Assembly (NCBI GenBank): GCA_965261545.1 | Contig: CBDHDF010000011.1 | Location: forward strand, 928,001 to 992,000 | Reading direction: 5' to 3' | Length of the DNA: 64,000 nt | DNA from: Bdellovibrionales bacterium | Lineage (GTDB): Bacteria; Bdellovibrionota; Bdellovibrionia; Bdellovibrionales; UBA1609 | Part shown: one piece after another, positions 62,011 to 64,000 of the stretch | Layout: every line of letters starts with the position of its first letter | How positions within the stretch are numbered: position 1 is the stretch's first letter | Notes under the pieces: model-generated | What the model was told of the DNA's origin: nothing | Databases searched by the model: none | Seen by the model: only the letters and a program-made list of their open reading frames with translations | Position numbers and translations under genes: made by a program

Positions 62011-62546
62011 GCTACATTTCATTAAGAAATCAATTATTAGTGGTCATATTGTCGATGGCTTTAGCCTCTTGTGCCACAAACTCGCAGTCAAGGTGGGCGA
62101 CAATAGGGATTGCGGCCCCCATTGGGGCCGGAGTTGGAGCCTTATCGGCCCCCCGTAAAGAAAAACCAGAGTTTCATGCCTTAACCTGGGGTGCTCTCTT
62201 TGCAGCGGGAGCTGCTATTTTTGGAAACTATTATTATAATGATGATAAGGAAATTGAACGCTTGAGATCGGAACTGGACCTTCTTAAGAACCCCCAACTG
62301 GAAATCCTTACTCAGGGAGAAGGATATTTCAAAGACCCAATCACGGGAAATAAATCAGAAAATCTTGTAAAATGGAAGATTTATAAAATCGACAAATGGG
62401 TGTCTGATGGTAAAAATACCAAATATCACCAAGATTTAATGGCTACAACAGAGAAAGTAGAGGCAAAAAAGGAGGGGTATAAAATACCTTTAAAAAATCC
62501 TCCCATAAAAAATAATAAAAATGAAAAGGGTGAGGAAAATGACTAA
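62007..62546 (+). CDS. Lipoprotein with glycine-zipper-like segment
   Basis: Lipobox LASC and IGAGVGALSAP. Confidence 0.7.
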   Translation: MSYISLRNQLLVVILSMALASCATNSQSRWATIGIAAPIGAGVGALSAPRKEKPEFHALTWGALFAAGAAIFGNYYYNDDKEIERLRSELDLLKNPQLEILTQGEGYFKDPITGNKSENLVKWKIYKIDKWVSDGKNTKYHQDLMATTEKVEAKKEGYKIPLKNPPIKNNKNEKGEEND

Positions 62547-63570
62547 GCGCATATTATATGGCACCGTTTTGTTGATCTTACTTCTATGGGCCTCCATAGC
62601 AACTTATTTTTTATCAGAGGAAGTTAATATTATTGAATTGGTAAAGGGAAAGTTAAGCTCTCACAAGATAACGTCTTCTGATATAGAAGAAGATTATGCA
62701 TTTATCAGGTATTTTCTGAGAAAATACTACAAGATAAATGGAAAAGAGTCAACGGACCATCTAGAAAGTAAATATTTTCTCATGAAAGAACTACTGGAGG
62801 TGTCTGGAAACAAGGTTCTAAATAAATATAAAAAGAACTTGGAATATTTTTCGACAAATAACGAAACTCAAGACTTCGTTCTCCATAAGGTGCTTCGAGA
62901 TAAACAAACGGGTGTATATACCTCTTTTTTATCTATAAATCAGAGCCAATCTAAGCGAAAGTTTCTTGTTCAAGTCAATTTGAAGGTTTCTAGAAGCACG
63001 AAGAGTTCTATGCTAGGAGATCGTATGCCAGGAGACAGTCATCTGAAAAATCGTCGAATTTTACATTGGGATGAGGTGTTATTAAGCACGCCTCCTAGCG
63101 GACTGTTGAAAAATGAGGTCTACGTCGGGGCAGATACCCTCTCTCGCCTTCAAATGCCTTGTACTGTTAAGTTCATATCTTCTCCTTCATCTTCACCACC
63201 ACCACCTTCTTCGCCTACCCCGGAGGGGCCTACAAAACACTCTAAAAAGAAGAAGAACCATTCCGTGGAGGATGGCAATATGGATGGTGGAAATATAGAA
63301 ATGACTCGTAATGCATCTTCCCGGATTGTTAAATTTCACTCCAAAGGCAAGGTCCCCAAGCCCTCTCAATTTAACGTGAATTGCCAAGGCCGGTCTTTTC
63401 AGGTCAGTTTGATTCATAGTGAGGAGTGGTTGACCGTCTATCAGTCTATCGACCCCTCCAGTGGAATCAAAAAGAAGAAAAGAAAGAAAAAGAAAAGGTT
63501 GAGTGCAAGAGCAAAAATCAAAAAAGATATTGAAAATCTATTTGGGATTGAGGTTACCAAAATGAAGTGA
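62539..63570 (+). CDS. Hypothetical membrane-anchored protein
   Basis: N-terminal TM segment, Ser/Pro linker and Lys-rich tail. Confidence 0.7.
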   Translation: MTKRILYGTVLLILLLWASIATYFLSEEVNIIELVKGKLSSHKITSSDIEEDYAFIRYFLRKYYKINGKESTDHLESKYFLMKELLEVSGNKVLNKYKKNLEYFSTNNETQDFVLHKVLRDKQTGVYTSFLSINQSQSKRKFLVQVNLKVSRSTKSSMLGDRMPGDSHLKNRRILHWDEVLLSTPPSGLLKNEVYVGADTLSRLQMPCTVKFISSPSSSPPPPSSPTPEGPTKHSKKKKNHSVEDGNMDGGNIEMTRNASSRIVKFHSKGKVPKPSQFNVNCQGRSFQVSLIHSEEWLTVYQSIDPSSGIKKKKRKKKKRLSARAKIKKDIENLFGIEVTKMK

Positions 63571-63872
63571 TAAATGTAGGGGCAGTCATTGGGATTGCCC
63601 CAATTTGGTGGGTACTTTTGGAAGGTAAGACTGTGCCCTCCCATAAATGACTGGTTTTCGCCCTTCCATCGGGGCCAAGAATCATATATATATATTATTT
63701 ATAACGTAACATATTAGATTGAGTGTGTTAAAAATTGGTGAGTTCTAACTGAGTGAAAAGAAATTCAATGAGAGGCACTTTTGAAAAATCTACTTTTACC
63801 GCAATCATATTTTCACCTAATCAAGCTGTTTTGACGCCGTGAGATAAATTGTGCAACTTAATAGGAGCTACC

Positions 63873-64000
63873 ATGAATCAAACCCAACAAGCTAAAAAAG
63901 TTTGGAAAGATATTCCTAACGATATGAGATTAAAAATTTTAAACAACGTTTGGTGTACTCACTGCTCTAAAGTAATTAGTGTGGGAAACACTACAATGCA
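63873..64000 (+). CDS. Hypothetical CxxC protein, cut by the window edge
   Basis: RBS AGGAG, then MNQTQQAKKVWKDIP...NNVWCTHC. Confidence 0.6.
   Translation, partial: MNQTQQAKKVWKDIPNDMRLKILNNVWCTHCSKVISVGNTTM

Overview
The window is almost entirely mobile DNA and has three zones. (1) 1-19344 is a deeply nested stack of insertion elements whose ends and target duplications can be read directly. It holds ISNCY-type copies that insert at TANNTA, a TG...CA three-gene transposon (DUF6431-like gene, DDE integrase, ExeA-like ATPase), an IS4 element inside that, an IS21 inside the IS4, and two apparently identical group II introns inserted into a 23-bp tandem repeat array at one IS21 end. A second, truncated IS21 follows. 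(2) 19345-29778 carries two paralogous tyrosine integrase/excisionase modules. Between them lies AT-rich cargo: a Septu-like ATPase/HNH pair tightly coupled to a carboxynorspermidine decarboxylase homologue and a DUF3326 protein, preceded by an internally deleted group II intron. (3) 29865-64000 is an ICE-like region with MobC/relaxase and an F-type-like tra cluster. The cluster includes an unusual coupling-protein/TraU-like fusion and a GspE/PilB ATPase. Upstream are a duplicated sigma70-region-4 gene and a sigma54 promoter, divergent from an NtrC-like regulator, outer-membrane barrel, ankyrin lipoprotein and histidine kinase operon. No rRNA, tRNA or CRISPR array was seen. All family calls come from motif recognition by eye, not from database searches.
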